From Octopus vulgaris (taxonomy: Eukaryota), in assembly GCA_951406725.2 (NCBI GenBank), contig OX597826.1, positions 43,214,001 to 43,278,000 on the forward strand: a DNA stretch of 64,000 nucleotides, given 5' to 3'. The notes below the pieces were generated by a model. The model had not been told where the DNA came from. It did no database searches and worked only from the letters and a program-made list of their open reading frames with translations. A program made the translations under genes and the position numbers. This document shows, in pieces, positions 40,306-54,005 of the stretch (the first letter of the stretch is position 1; each line of letters starts with the position of its first letter).

Positions 40306-40412
40306 GATGCCCGGTCGAGTAGGAGGGCGCCGCGGTGTGCATGGAAGCCGCGGGCGCGAGCCCGGGTGAAGCCGACTGCGGGTGCAGATCTCAGTGGTTG
40401 TAGCAAATATTC
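40306..40412 (+). rRNA. Orphan 28S (LSU) rRNA fragment, pseudogenic
   Basis: CGAGTAGGAGGGCGCCGCGGTG...GAAGCC..GGGCGCGAGCCCGGGTGAAGCCG...GGTGCAGATCTCAGTGGTTGTAGCAAATATTC matches the conserved eukaryotic LSU segment ending GGTGCAGATCTTGGTGGTAGTAGCAAATATTC, with substitutions. Confidence 0.88.
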
Positions 40413-40589
40413 GGGTTTATCGTAAGTGCTCAAACCACTAATAAACAATAAAGCGTTTAAAAGATGTAAAGCGAATGAAGAGGGCCTAAAGTATATATGG
40501 AGAAACAGAATCCGTATGTTGCATCTCGGGAAGAAACTGTTTGAGTGTCATTCATTTTTCGTTACTTTTCTTGAAAAAGCACAAGACAA

Positions 40590-40790
40590 CTTTCCAAACT
40601 TGAAATCCATCCTGAAAGATCGTAGATATCAGACGATAAAAGAGATAATAAAAATTTCGCCATGCGAAAATTTCGCTAACCCCGAAAACGTGTTTCAAGA
40701 TGTGTTTCTAAACGAAAAAAAGTTAGCTAAAAACGTTGAAGCGAAGTATCAAAAGAGGAATAGAATATTTTGAAGGGGTCCAGTTCTTTT
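40590..40790 (+). pseudogene. mariner (DD34D) transposase C-terminal relic
   Basis: FPNLKSILKDRRYQTIKEI...PENVFQDVF / SIKRGIEYFEG, cf. FPKLKxxLKGRRFxTIEEI...CIxxxGEYFEG. Confidence 0.8.
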
Positions 40791-41560
40791 TGGACAGACC
40801 TGGTATACATAGGAAAGGAATCTACGTGCCAGAGATCTGTTCGAACAAAGTCGACTGCAACAAAAACAACAGCATAAGCAACAAGATAAACAATAGCAAC
40901 ATCAAAAAGAAACACGATCATATTCCTACTTGTAAAAAGAAAAAAAAGAGAGCTTTCTAACGAAAATTGTTTCCTCAGATTCTAAAATTTACATCTATCA
41001 AATTAAAGCGGTTTTTTTTCTAAGACTTCATTTTATTTAATAATACGAAATATTTGACAAAAATTATCTGAAGTTATGCAATAAGTTGCATTAACATCTT
41101 ATAAATAGGATTATTCCTGCTGCATTGCTGTTGTAGTTTCGTTGCTGATTTTGAAATTGAGATTTTTATAAATAAAAATATAAAACAAACATTTCTAAAT
41201 TTAAATATTTTAAAAATATCATTAAATGTTTTTTGTTGACCTTGGGTATAAAGATTGTCCAACGAATCCCACATAATCACTCTTATATACACATACAAAT
41301 GCACAGAGGTGCATGTAAATGAAATCATACAAGCTTTTAGCAATGCTTACTCTATATCAACACACAGAATGGGTAAGATTGGAATCTAAATTAAATTGAA
41401 AAATGCTTGTAATTTGTCAGCATCATTCGGAAGCGGTTAGATTCTGCAATCTATTTCTTCGAGAACGAAAGTGCTGTAATTTGAAAATGAAACTTCAAAT
41501 CATATATTTTCTAAAATTAAAAAAAAAAAGGTTTAAAATAAATATTTGAGAAAACAAATT

Positions 41561-41760
41561 AAACAAGAGCATTCGAAGAGTGCAAACCTCCGCCAGCGCG
41601 ACACCAACGTCCTCTCAACGATTAACCGGAGATGATTTTTAAAATGAGAATATCTGAAATAAAATCGACTGTTCTCACAAACGAGAATACTAAAAATGAA
41701 CCCGATCTCTCTCACACGCAAAAATAATCTATTTACCTTGTCCAGTACCTGATCGATCTC
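41561..41760 (-). mobile_element. Helentron/HINE-like element 3' end
   Basis: Minus strand GGCGGAGGTTT GCACTC TTC GAATGC TCTTGTTT: sub-terminal motif, hairpin and T-rich end. Confidence 0.5.
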
Positions 41761-42048
41761 AATGGGAGTCATGGAATGTGCAAGTGGGTGTGACGTCTGG
41801 GTAATGAAAATATTTTTATAACTTTAGCGCACATATGTCGATAAGTCTTTAGGGGTCACCACGTAAAAGTTTTGGAAACACTGGTTGAAATGCAACAGGA
41901 ACTTTGGTAAAGAAACGTAACTGAACATAAAAATTATGATTGTAATGAAGTGCATACTGTATAGTGGTCTTAATTTCCGGTCTTCCTTTAGTAATCCTGG
42001 TGTTTTAGATGGATGTATAATCCCCTAATATAATAATGAGCGTTGTCT

Positions 42049-42082
<34 letters not shown>

Positions 42083-42196
42083 TGTACATTTAAACACATA
42101 AGAGATGGCCATAATCGGACATCTAAACCGCTTGAAGGAGTAGTTAAAATCCAAACCACAATTAGGGGCAATTTCGAAAGGGAATGAAAAATAAAA

Positions 42197-42253
42197 ACAT
42201 TTTCAAGCTATCTTCAGCAAATAAAGTAATTTGCTAGGCGAAGCTCTCATCAG
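42197..42253 (-). ncRNA. Degraded hammerhead-like motif with long stem II
   Basis: CTGATGA GAGCT..AGCAAAT tacttt ATTTGCT..AGCTT GAAA; stems I and III not recognisable. Confidence 0.45.
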
Positions 42254-43099
42254 CAGGAAAGCCAAAGATCAACATATAAGTCCGAGGCAATACAGAACAT
42301 ACCTCGTGCTTACATGTTATTACTTTTCAAATCCACTTCGCAAGCGCAGTTTTTTATCGGCAATAAATAAAAATAATGCCGATTATTATAATTAATTTTT
42401 ATAATACAATTCGTTATAATATTTAGTATTAAATGTATAAAAAAAAAATTTTATGCATTGATAGGGTATGCGGATCCACCCGAATAAAATAGAAATCAAA
42501 AGGATCCATAGGCAAAAAATGGTTGAGAATCATTCACTTGGATCCCATAAAAATAAAACGATTTACGCTCAATGTAGTTTTTATATGTTTTTTCCTTGTT
42601 ACAAGGACGTTGTGGGACAGTCCTGGTTACTTACAGTTTGGAGGAAGGTGAAGAAGTATCAAATTAGTTTCTTTTTCTATCTTCGAAGATTTTTTTGTTG
42701 GGGGTAACCTGAGGGTACGAAGCATTTTTCAACATGCATTCATGCTAATATTTCTATAAATAAAGCTACATCGTTTTCAGAGAAATGATGATACAGAAGT
42801 GGCGTGAGCGCAAGAGCGCGCAGCAAAATAACACACTCTATTTAGATGTATTCCTTTCTTTCTGAGTTCAGGTCTGGGCAATTTTTGTTTTTATATGTTT
42901 TAAATTAAAGACCAGCGACAGAGTAGGACGCGATATATCAATGGTTCCCTCCCAAAAAGTGTCGATTAAATCAATCGCAGTCAAATGAGATTCATTTGAT
43001 TCAATCTCAGTCAAATCAATCTCAGTCAAAAGTTAAATGAGTTTAAACGACTACTCTTTCCTCTCTACAAATTTCAAATACCGTGTTTATGTTAGAAAT

Positions 43100-43664
43100 A
43101 TTGATTTCAAATTCTTGGTGTAAGGCCAGAAAATTCGGGGGAAAGGGCTAGTCAATTATATCGACCCAGTGCTCAACTGGTACCTATTTCTATTTCTTTA
43201 CTATCCACAAGGGGCTAAACACAGAGGGGACAAACAAGAACGGACAAACGGATTAAGTCGATTATATCGACCCCAGTGCGTAACTGGTACCTATTTCCTC
43301 GACCTCTGAAAGGATGAAAGGCAATGTCGACCTCAATGGAATTTTAACTGAGAAAGTAAAGAACTAGAAGAAATGCCGTTAAGTATTTTGTCCGACGCCG
43401 CTAACCATTCTGCAGTTCAACGCATTTAATAGTTTCGAATTTTGCCACAAGGCCAATAATTTTAAGGTGACGGGGGTTAATCGATTATGTCGAGCCCAGT
43501 ATTCAACTGGTATTTATTTTATCGATCCCATAAAGCGGAATTTGAACTCAGAAGGTAAAGGAACCGAAAGAAATGCTGTTAAGCATGTTGTCCGACGAAA
43601 TATCGGTTCTGCTAACGAGCTAATAATAATAATAATAATAGTAATAACAACAACAATAATAATA

Positions 43665-43704
<40 letters not shown>

Positions 43705-44070
43705 CAACAACAACAACAACAACAACAATAATAATAGTAATAATAATAATAATTATAATAGTTTCAAATTTTGCCACAAGGGCAGCAATTTGGTGGGGGC
43801 GGGGGATGAGTCGATTACATCGTCTCTAATGTTCAACTCGTACTTATTTTATCGACCCCGAAGGAATTCTTTCTATTATAGGCACAAGGCCTGAAATTTT
43901 TGGGGAGGGGACTAGTCGATTACATCGACCCCAGTGCGTAACTGGTACGTATTTCATCGACTCCGAAAGGCTGAAAGGAAAAAAAATCGACCTCGGCGGA
44001 CTTTGAACTCAGAACATAAAGACAGACGAAATGCCGCTAAGCGTTTTGTCCGGCGTGATAACGATTCTTG
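43100..44070 (-). mobile_element. Cluster of four to five group 2 SINE fragments with an (AAT/AAC)n tract (43621-43760)
   Basis: Repeated GTCGATTA..TCGACCCCAGTG...GAAAGGATGAAAGG...GAACTCAGAA segments. Confidence 0.85.
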
Positions 44071-44703
44071 TGAATCGATAAATACATAAGTAAATATCTA
44101 AGTGGAAATCATATTCCGTTCGTGTTTACCCAATACTCTTTGTACCCAGTATTGATTTTAAAAAGTACCTAGGAATCGCACGTACCGGGCTCGGCTATAA
44201 TGCTCTTCTCTACACACTTACAGAAATCTTATATCAATGCAACAAATCATTGTTATTGTCTGTTAAATTCTGTAAAAGTTATCTTCTTAAAGATTAGAAA
44301 TCCTCAGTGGTTGAAATACTGGCACGTTTATTTCATCTTTACATATTTATCGACTTCAAAAGACAGACGAATACACAGAGTCACAGTTGTTAAAGCAGAC
44401 ACAAACACATACAGTTTTAGTGTCTTTGTAGTTGACGTCTGTCTACGGGTAATTTTGTTTATGACTGATTTAATATATATTTCTTAGAAGAAATATAATT
44501 TCTTATATGGAAAACTATCTGATTTTATTATTATTTGCGTCTAGTTTTAAATAGATTCTGAGACAATAGAAAAATTGCGTAGGTATTCTGTTGAAAAGGT
44601 ACATAAATGTATGGAACATGTTTAAATGTTGACGTGAGATTCTTCTAAGACGTGAGAGGTGAATTGGTTTTCTGTGTATTAAATAATAAGGTCGTTTGAA
44701 CGT

Positions 44704-44707
<4 letters not shown>

Positions 44708-44800
<93 letters not shown>

Positions 44801-44803
44801 CAC
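44708..44803. repeat. (CA)n microsatellite
   Basis: Direct reading. Confidence 0.98.
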
Positions 44804-45120
44804 AATACATAGATGTACTCTTTCCTAGTAAGTGTTTTGATTTGAGATTGTGCTGAAACTAAAGCGATTGCAGCGTTGAAGACATAAGTTAGCTATTCAC
44901 AAACACACAAAGATCGTCAACTTCACTTAGACATTTATTTATTATCATAGTGTCAAAATCTTTTGTCGCTCGAAACTGCGACCTATTCACTGCCAAAAGA
45001 TAAAAAGAATGTGCTACGAATTCCTTTGCATAGGGGTAAAAACAAGGAAAGAAAAAAATGTGACAAGAACAGGACATAAAAGCAATACAAATAAAAATAC
45101 AAATACAAATAAAAATAGGA

Positions 45121-45319
45121 TTGGTTCGACGGGTCGTGTTATGTCCTTACCTTCGAAAGACACATTGAGTCGAACCAGGGACAGCTGATGAAGGGGAATA
45201 TTCCATGTATTTCTTGTTTTGTACTCTGTTTTTTTCGTTGTTAAAAAAAGTCCGTTTCCTAGTTTGTTTTTATGTTTTCGTTTCTCGTTGAGTTCTACGT
45301 CTATTTGTGGTGTCCTGTA

Positions 45320-45323
<4 letters not shown>
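45121..45323 (+). mobile_element. Second copy of the 21755-22092 repeat family with structured RNA motif
   Basis: Shared motifs and spacing with 21887-22092; ends in (TA)n. Confidence 0.6.
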
Positions 45324-45381
<58 letters not shown>

Positions 45382-45544
45382 TGTATATTTACGTGTAGAT
45401 GTAGGCACGTACATACATGTATGTATGTATGCATATATTTTATTTATTCAATTATTGTATGACTGAGCGCCCTCGCGTCGTTTCGTTTCTTTTCTTTTCT
45501 CCAAGTAAGTTTATATATATATGTATATATATTTTCTTTTATTC

Positions 45545-45720
45545 TTTTATTTGTTTCAGTCATTTGACTGCGGCCATGCATAGTACTTATTCTATCGGTC
45601 TCTTTTGCCGAACTGCTAAGGTACGGGGACTTAAACACACCAACATCGGTTGTCAAACAATGGTGGTGAAACAAACACACACACACACACACACAAACAC
45701 ACACATATACATACATACAC

Positions 45721-45751
<31 letters not shown>

Positions 45752-45812
45752 CGACGGGATTCTTTCAGTTTCCATCTACCAAATCCACTCACAAGGCTTT
45801 GGTCGGCCCGAC
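45545..45812 (-). mobile_element. SINE group 1, internally deleted and head-truncated
   Basis: Matches 3826-4108 with a deletion. Confidence 0.85.
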
Positions 45813-45836
45813 TCTGTATATATATATATATATATA

Positions 45837-46372
45837 CAGAGTGCGGAGGGTGCGGTGAATAAACTGTTGTCTAAATTACGCAAAAATGAAAATAACACTG
45901 ACATCATATTTTAACAGATATATATACCAAAATCACAAAAATATTTTGAAATATTAAGAGTAAATTTATTCAATAAAATCGCCATTTGCTTCAACTACCG
46001 TCTCTTCGGAATCTCCTGCAACTCTTCTGGATGCTATGCTTCATTAAGTTGGTGAATGCTGCCATAATCAATGCCTTCAGTTCATCTTTGGTCTTACAAG
46101 GAGTTTTGTTGTTCTCTCGCTCAACTGCGCCCCACACATAATAATTAAGGGGGTTGCCATCTGCTGAGTTAGGTGGCCAGATGTTAGACGTGTCTGACAG
46201 CCATACCTGGTTTCTCCTGTGTATGTAACTTGGTGCAGAGTCTTGTTGCAGGACATAGGGTCCCCCAGTAGCCATCCTTTTTGACTTAGGGCTGTACTAA
46301 CTCCTTCAGGCACTTGATGCAGGCGTTCGTATTGTGTCTGAGGCTGTGTGGGAAGATGAATGGATGTATAAC
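45837..46372 (-). pseudogene. DD37D/maT-like transposase 3' half with right terminus
   Basis: PFIFPHSLR...GGPYVLQQDSAP...WPPNSADGNPLNYYVWGAVERE...DELKALI; TA|CAG end at 45837. Confidence 0.85.
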
Positions 46373-46647
46373 GCCTATATATTTATATCTCTCTATATAT
46401 ATTTGTAAACAAACTTTGGAAGCGTCGAATGTGGGTGGTATTTTGCAGAAAAAAATATTTCTAACGCAGTAAAGTTGTAAGGACAGCAGAGAAAAATTGG
46501 GTGTTTTACCCTTATAAGACGAAAGTCGCCTTCTGTTAACTTTTTCCCGTCTTATAAGGATAAATATTCAATCTTTCTCTGCGACCTTACAGCTTTACTG
46601 CGTTCGAAATGTCTTTTCTTATCTGCAGTATATGTGTGTGTGTGTGC

Positions 46648-46940
<293 letters not shown>

Positions 46941-47418
46941 CGTTTTAAGAGCAGTACAGAGAGAGTGCGTGTACCCGCGTGTGCGTGCACACGCACTCCG
47001 AATCTATGTGTACACTCGTGCGTGTATATGTATGGTTTTTGTCCGATTAAAGGAACAGATAGCTTTGAATTTCAAACAATATAGAAACTAATTGAAAAAA
47101 AATATTATATGTAACATTTCAATCAAACAACAATTATGTTTGATTATGTCTTTTATTTCCTAAGTTTAATTGGATTGTACCTTCTCACAATTTATTTAAA
47201 GTTGGAATTATTGATATTTTGAAAAAAAATCTACGTTGTTTGTTTCCATGTGTTTTCTTTGCTTCTGTTGTTGTTTTTTAAACTTCTCGTCTGTTGCTTT
47301 TGTAATTACATCCCCGCACAAAAAAATCAAAAAGAAAAAAACAAAACAAAACAAAACATAACGTATTTCGTTTGTAAGAAATCTTGTCAATTATCTAAAG
47401 ATTATCTCTGCCGATGAA

Positions 47419-47449
<31 letters not shown>

Positions 47450-47714
47450 TGTATGTATGTATGTATGTATGTATGTATGTATGTATGTATGTATTTACGT
47501 AAAGTTATTATAAAAACAAATCTTGTTAAATAGAGCTACCCAAGGTTTCCTGGTCAAAATTATAATTTATTTCGCTATTTTTCAAACTGACCGTTTCTCT
47601 GTTGTCTTTTGAACAGATGATTGATTAACTGATTGATGTATAAATGTATTTGCGCGCGCGCGCGTGTTTATGTGTGCATACACATATGTTTGTCTTCACA
47701 CACGATATTGATTT

Positions 47715-47903
47715 CAAACAAGGACAGACAAACGGATTAAGTCGATTATATCAACCCCAGTGCGTAACTGGTACTTATTTAATCGACCCCGAAAGGATGA
47801 AAGGCAAAGTCGATCTCGGCGGAATTTGAACTCAGAACGTAGCGGCAGACGAAATACCGCTAAGCATTTCGCCCGGCGCGCTAACGTTTCTGCCAGCTCG
47901 CCT
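47715..47903 (-). mobile_element. SINE group 2, young copy
   Basis: Near-identical reverse complement of 32735-32925. Confidence 0.92.
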
Positions 47904-48816
47904 TAAATAATGCTTAATCTGGTAGGATTTGAAACCAGATGGTGAAGAACCGTACTATATGCCGCAAGGTATTTCGTTTAACAACGCAGTGTTTCTTCCA
48001 ATCCACTTCGAAATCAATCTTCGAAATGAAAATAAAAATACGTCTTAAGTTCTCAATAACAACAAATGTAGATATGATTGTTTTGTTTTAATTTAAACCT
48101 GCCTGAAATAACAAACCAAGCACTAGGAAATTGATTTATTTCAATCATTCATCACATTTCTTAGAATTAAATAAATAATGATTCTCTGTCTTTTTATTCG
48201 CTAAAGACGAGAAATTAAAATTTTCTTTATCTATTAAAAAAAAAAAAAAAAACTCCCCAAAATAGAAAAATTAAAGATAAGAAAAAATATTGTTCAATGC
48301 GATGTCACGTGAGCGATCACAATTTGAAGATGTTATCTGTGAGGTTCTTGTGGAATTGTTCGTTGTTGCTGTTGTTGTTGTTACTGGTTAATTATGACAT
48401 AAATGTTATATTCGTATCTGTGTTGACAATAATCTTATTATTTTCTTTTGTCTTTTAATTGTTTTAGTCATTGGACTACGGCCATGCTGAAGTACCAGAA
48501 GCGGGCAGTGGAGGTTAAATACAAGCACAAGGACACACTGACACACATACGCTACGGGCTTTTACACAGTTTCTCTTTTTCAGATTCATTCAGAAGGCAT
48601 TGGTCGGCACGGGAGTATAGTAGAAAACACTGCTAAAGTGCCGCGCTGTGGGACTGAACCCGACACCATGTGATTGCAAAGCGAGCTTCTTAGCAACACA
48701 GTCATGCCTGCATCTACTTTTCCTATCAAAGCATAAGGCTGAAAGAGTTCAGTCTATTATATCGACCCCGGTACTTAACTGGCATTTTATTTTATCGACA
48801 CCAAAACGATGAAAAA

Positions 48817-49081
48817 TGTGGAGGCGCGTGGCTTAGTGGTTAGGGTGTCAGCATCATGATCGTAAGATTATGGTTTCGATTCCTGGACCGGGCGACGCGT
48901 TGTGTTCTTGAGCAAAACACTTCATATCACGTTGCTGCAGTCTGCTCAGCTGGCAAAAATGACTAACGCTGCGATGGACTGGCGTCCCGTCCATCTGTGC
49001 TGGGGAACACATACGCCATTGAAGCCGGGAAGCAGGGCCCATGAGCCTGGCTAGGCTTTAAAAGGGCGCATTTATTTTATT
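48817..49081 (+). mobile_element. SINE group 3: head B + V-like tail, full length, nested in a minus-strand group 2 SINE
   Basis: TSD AAAACGATG(A/G)AAAA at 48803-48816 and 49082-49095; CTGCGATGGACTGGCGTCCCGTCCA resembles the V-SINE domain. Confidence 0.9.
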
Positions 49082-49677
49082 AAAACGATGGAAAACCACC
49101 TTGACTTCGGCGGGATTTGAATTCAGATCGGTGAAATTAGAAATACATACCGCAAGGCATATTTTTCCGACGCTCTCACAATCAATCAGCCACCTTTCGA
49201 TGTGCAAATAATAGTTTTGTTATCCGAAAGAATGTTTGCTTCATCTTTGGAGATGCTGTATAGATTCCAATGATCCACTGAACATGCAAAACAAATCACA
49301 TTATGACCTCTTTAATACTTTCCCATCAACCAGAACAAACTACCTCGCTGATTTATTAGAAATTTCGTAAACTCTCGGATACTAAGAACACCCATCCCAA
49401 TATTGGCGAATTGACTGAAGCGTTAAAGCGTTGGGCGAAATACTTTGTATTATGTATTCTGTCATTTCGTACTTTGAGTTCAATTACAATCGGGGTCAAC
49501 TTTGAACCTTCTGAGGTTGATGAATAAATTACCCCCCACCGCCGCCCACACATACATATATAGGCAATTATGCGGATAAACAAATTAAATATATTAAATA
49601 CTACAACTTGAGTATGAATACATACAAAACGAGAGAAAACAAAGAGTGGAGACATTCAGACGATGAAGATTACAGTA

Positions 49678-49717
<40 letters not shown>

Positions 49718-50701
49718 TAAATCCAACTTACACGTGTCAAAGTTTAGGGATAGTAGCTATAGAATTATCGGAAGTTGAGGTATTGAGAAAAGGGATGGCA
49801 ATTGTTTGATACCTATACACAAACCCAACAATAGCTGATTACCCTTCAGTTACTATCTACCCCACTCCGCTCACTCATACATACATACATGTATGTATGT
49901 ATGTATGTATGTATGTATGTATGTATGTATGTATGTATGTATGTATGTATGTATGTATGTGTGTGTATGCATGTGTGTTTTGTGCCAGGTAACTCATGAG
50001 TGTTACGGATAACATATCTATCTGGTACAATAAGTTATATTATCAAGTAATTGGTGACTAAATCGGTTGTTCTTCCAGGTTTCCCACTTGGGCAGGGTTA
50101 CCTGAAATCCAGCAGAACGGATGACCCCAACATAGGGTCGGAGACATAGAAACACATTCCACAGTGAACGAGTGCTACGCAAAACAACCGGAGAGAGATG
50201 GACCCGTAGCTCTCGCTAGAACACCTATTTAGGAGAAGAAGGATAGTCTGATGTAGGTCCACCCAATGCTGAACCACAAGTGAGTACAGTTCTGTGAATG
50301 CTTCATTCACTATAATCAATACAATGCAAAAAAAAACAAAAAAACAACAAAAAAACATCGGAAAATGCTGTGGAAGGAAAGTTCTACGATGATGATGAGT
50401 AATAGAAAACAGGCTTGATCAGTGAGGAGTATATAATTGTAAACTGCTGGCGAGGAAGCTTCAGATATTGGTCACGGCGCTGGTTGCACTTTTTTAAAAC
50501 TGTGGCGACAGAAAGACTGCCTACTTGTTAATGAGGAATGGCCCAGAAAAAGATGTTTAACAATAATATTCAACCAGTAGGTTCACCCTTACGGGAGACA
50601 TTCAACAAATATATAACAATTTAACTCACAATTCAATTCACAGGGATCAAAAATGATTAGAAAAACATCAAAAATAACTCGGTGACTTGCACTGCTTACT
50701 T

Positions 50702-51425
50702 GCTGTGTCTGTCCACTATTTATCAGTAGTAGAACAACCCACTTCTCACTTGGAGGTATCCGCCATAACACTTTGGCATCAGTCTCAGTTTTAATGTCGT
50801 GAAATTGATTCGCAACGAGTGTTTGTGGAATTTTGTGCCATTCTTCACGTAAAACTCGCTTTAGTGAATGACGATTCATCAGAGAAGATGATATCGTTTC
50901 ATTGAGCCAATATCCACTTTTGATAGTGGAGACGCAATTTTTTCCGCTTATCAATGTTGATAGTGGACCGTAGAAGTTTGGCACATACAACCCACCTTGG
51001 TATCCAACTTTATGGAGCTCACGACGAACAGTTTTGATTGATACAGGGTTGGCAAGGGGAAGTTGAAGCTCTGCTGTAATTTATGCTGCTGCAATTCTAT
51101 GGTTTTTAGAGACAATATGTTTCACTGTTCTTCAGTTCCTCTCTATGAGCTTTACCTTCTGTGCAGAATTATGCATGTCAGAGCTACTTTTACCTTCGTT
51201 TTGGAATGCCAACATAATTTTAGAGATTGTACCTTTCGAAACATTAAACAATTCATCAGCTTTAGAAACTGACGCTCCAGCCAAAATGCGATCCAACAGT
51301 TTGTTCTCATGGGAAATCAGATAGGTCACGCATTGCATCTTATTTAAATATATCTGCAAGAAAAGAAAAGCAGAGGACTATATCACCATAGTACAATGCA
51401 TACATAATGCATATGGACACATATA
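50702..51425 (-). pseudogene. Internally deleted Tc1-like (DD34E) transposase
   Basis: AGASVSKADELFNVSKGTISKI (HTH), ITAEL...VSIKTVRRELHKVG, IIFSDESSF joined directly to LKRVLREEWHKIP. Confidence 0.85.
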
Positions 51426-51521
51426 TAGAGTCGAAGAGTTGAACAGTCTCTGAAATTGCTCTGTTGCCAATAGAAGTGCTACTTCTACTTGTTTGTCCAC
51501 CCCCGCCGCGCGCACACACTA

Positions 51522-51557
<36 letters not shown>

Positions 51558-51741
51558 TGTATGTATGTATGTATGTATGTGTGTGTATGTATGTATATAT
51601 ATATGTGTATGCATGTATGTATGTCATATGTGTGTATGTATGTATGTATGTGTGTATGTATGTATGTATATAAGTATGTGTGTGGATGCATGTATATATA
51701 TATGTGTATGCATGTATGTATGTATGTATGTATCTATGTAT

Positions 51742-51927
51742 GTCATTGTTCAGTCTTATTTCAAGAACCTAGATTCAAGGTGCTTCATTAGAATTTCAAC
51801 ATCAACAACAGGGTATTTTTGTATGTATGTATGTATGTATGTATGTATGTATGTATGGTATGTATGTATGTATGTTCATGTATGTATGTATGTATGTATG
51901 TATGTATGCATGCATGTATGTATGTAA

Positions 51928-51958
<31 letters not shown>

Positions 51959-52447
51959 TGTATGTACGTACGTATGCATGTATGTATGTATGTATGCATG
52001 TATGTATGTATGTGTGTAGATTTGTATGTTTTGATTTATGTTTGTATTCTCATGCATATATTTGCATATCTAGACATGCTCATATACTCTTAAATGATAA
52101 ACTTCTGGTAAGTTTTACAGATTTTTACAGTTCCAGCGATGAATTGGATCTGCAGTCTTCGAATTAGCTTTCTCCTTTCCGGTTTTGAGAAGCCTAATTT
52201 CTCAAGATTGGTATTTAGGCAGTGTATTACATATCCCGGGCCCCAATAATTACAGGTATAAACCTGAATTTGTAATCTGGATAGAGTAACTGCAGATTTT
52301 TCAATAGTTCAGCGTAGGTATTCTCTTTTTCATTCACCTTCAGCTTTATGTTAACATCTGCTGTGCAGCTAATTTCCACAGCTGTGCACACTTTCTCTTC
52401 TCTATCCCAAATTATATCAGGTCTGTTGTGCTTACGATGTTATTGAA
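51742..52447 (-). pseudogene. R4/Dong-like non-LTR retrotransposon 3' end (restriction-like endonuclease domain + probable 3' UTR) inside (CATA)n
   Basis: KHNRPDIIWDREEKVCTAVEISCTADVNIKLKVNEKENTYAELLKNLQLLYPDYKFRFIPVIIGA / GYV...GTVKICKTYQKFII*. Confidence 0.85.
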
Positions 52448-52581
52448 GTATGTATGTATGCATATGTGTATGCATGTATGAATGTATGTATGCATGTTTG
52501 TATGAATATATGTATGCATGTGTGTGTATGCATGCATATGTATGTATCTCTCACTCTTTCTTTCTCTCTCTCTCTCTCTCT

Positions 52582-52646
<65 letters not shown>

Positions 52647-53614
52647 AGACCTTTTGTCTTTTGTGAAAAGTTAGTTTACCCTATATATATCTGAGATACA
52701 TAATTATAATTTACGCAAGTTCATCTTCGTCTACTTAATCGCAAATTTATCTCCATTTGTCAAATCGAAAGTTTATTCCGTTTATCAAATCGACATTCAA
52801 GGCACAATTCGGTATTTAAAAGTGAAAAGAAATAAAGAGAAAAGCAAAAAGAAATGTTTAATGTCACATTAACTCCTTCTTCCCATAACGTTTTACATAA
52901 AACCGTGCTTTCTAATACATGAAACTAAACCTGTTTGTTCCGTGGCTAGAATGCGAATGTTTTAATCAGTCGACTCACATAGTATTATCGTATCACTAAG
53001 AGTGAAATGATACAAGAGGGTGAGAGAGAAAGATTTTATAATGGTTACATTTTCATTTAAAATTCGTGGACGTTATAATTTTGTTTTTCACCATTCTCAA
53101 TCATGATTCTTTAATGAAGTGTTTTAAATCTAATCTGTTCGGCATTTTCTGTCTTGACGCAGGCTTTCGGTCTCATACAGTCAGCAGACGACACCTCCTT
53201 GTTGCCGCATTGCTATTAATGTTCACCTTTTGACTGAATCATATTCAGTTAGCAAATGATAATTCAATAATGTAATTTCTTTTTTTTTTTTATATAATAT
53301 GTTTTAAAATAAAGTCTCTGCATCTGACATTTCAAATTTTAATATCAAACTAAAAATAAGATTGACTCAAATTTACAGGCTTCAACTAATATTAATTTCG
53401 TCTCATCGGCCATTTTCTTCATCACCCCACTCCCATCTGATCTAAGGGTTGTATTACAACCGGTTTTATTACTGCATCTTTCTTTTCCTAAATATTCCTT
53501 TTGAAGTCCACTTTTTATGACGAGTTTCGAGAGAAACATAATATTTTTTCAAGATGAAACCTCATTATGCGAGTTAATTTCTAGATTTTCTATTACACTT
53601 CTATATATAATACA

Positions 53615-53663
53615 TATGTATGTGTATGCGCACACACACATACACACACACATACCTATATGT

Positions 53664-53709
<46 letters not shown>

Positions 53710-53890
53710 ATGTGTATCTATCTATCTATCTATCTATCTAATCTATCTAACCTACATATATTTCCCTTCAATCTTCCTCCTATCTACATATCTACTCATA
53801 CATATATACATACATAAACACACACACACACACACACATATATTAATACATACATACACATGTATACTTTTCCCGAAAACCCATTTCTGT

Positions 53891-53945
<55 letters not shown>

Positions 53946-54005
53946 CCTACCTACCTACCTACCTACCTACCTACCTACCTACCTGTCTGTCTGTCTGTCT
54001 GTCTG
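53615..54005. repeat. Compound (TA)/(TG)/(TATC)/(TACC)/(TGTC) microsatellites
   Basis: Direct reading. Confidence 0.95.

Noticed and set aside
40426-40960. ORFs 40426-40773 and 40736-40960 as host genes
   Set aside because: Only the 40590-40790 part has recognisable similarity, to a frameshifted mariner C-terminus
53140-53220. Possible splice acceptor TTTTCTGTCTTGACGCAG and exon
   Set aside because: No supporting donor site or recognisable peptide; such sites are common by chance
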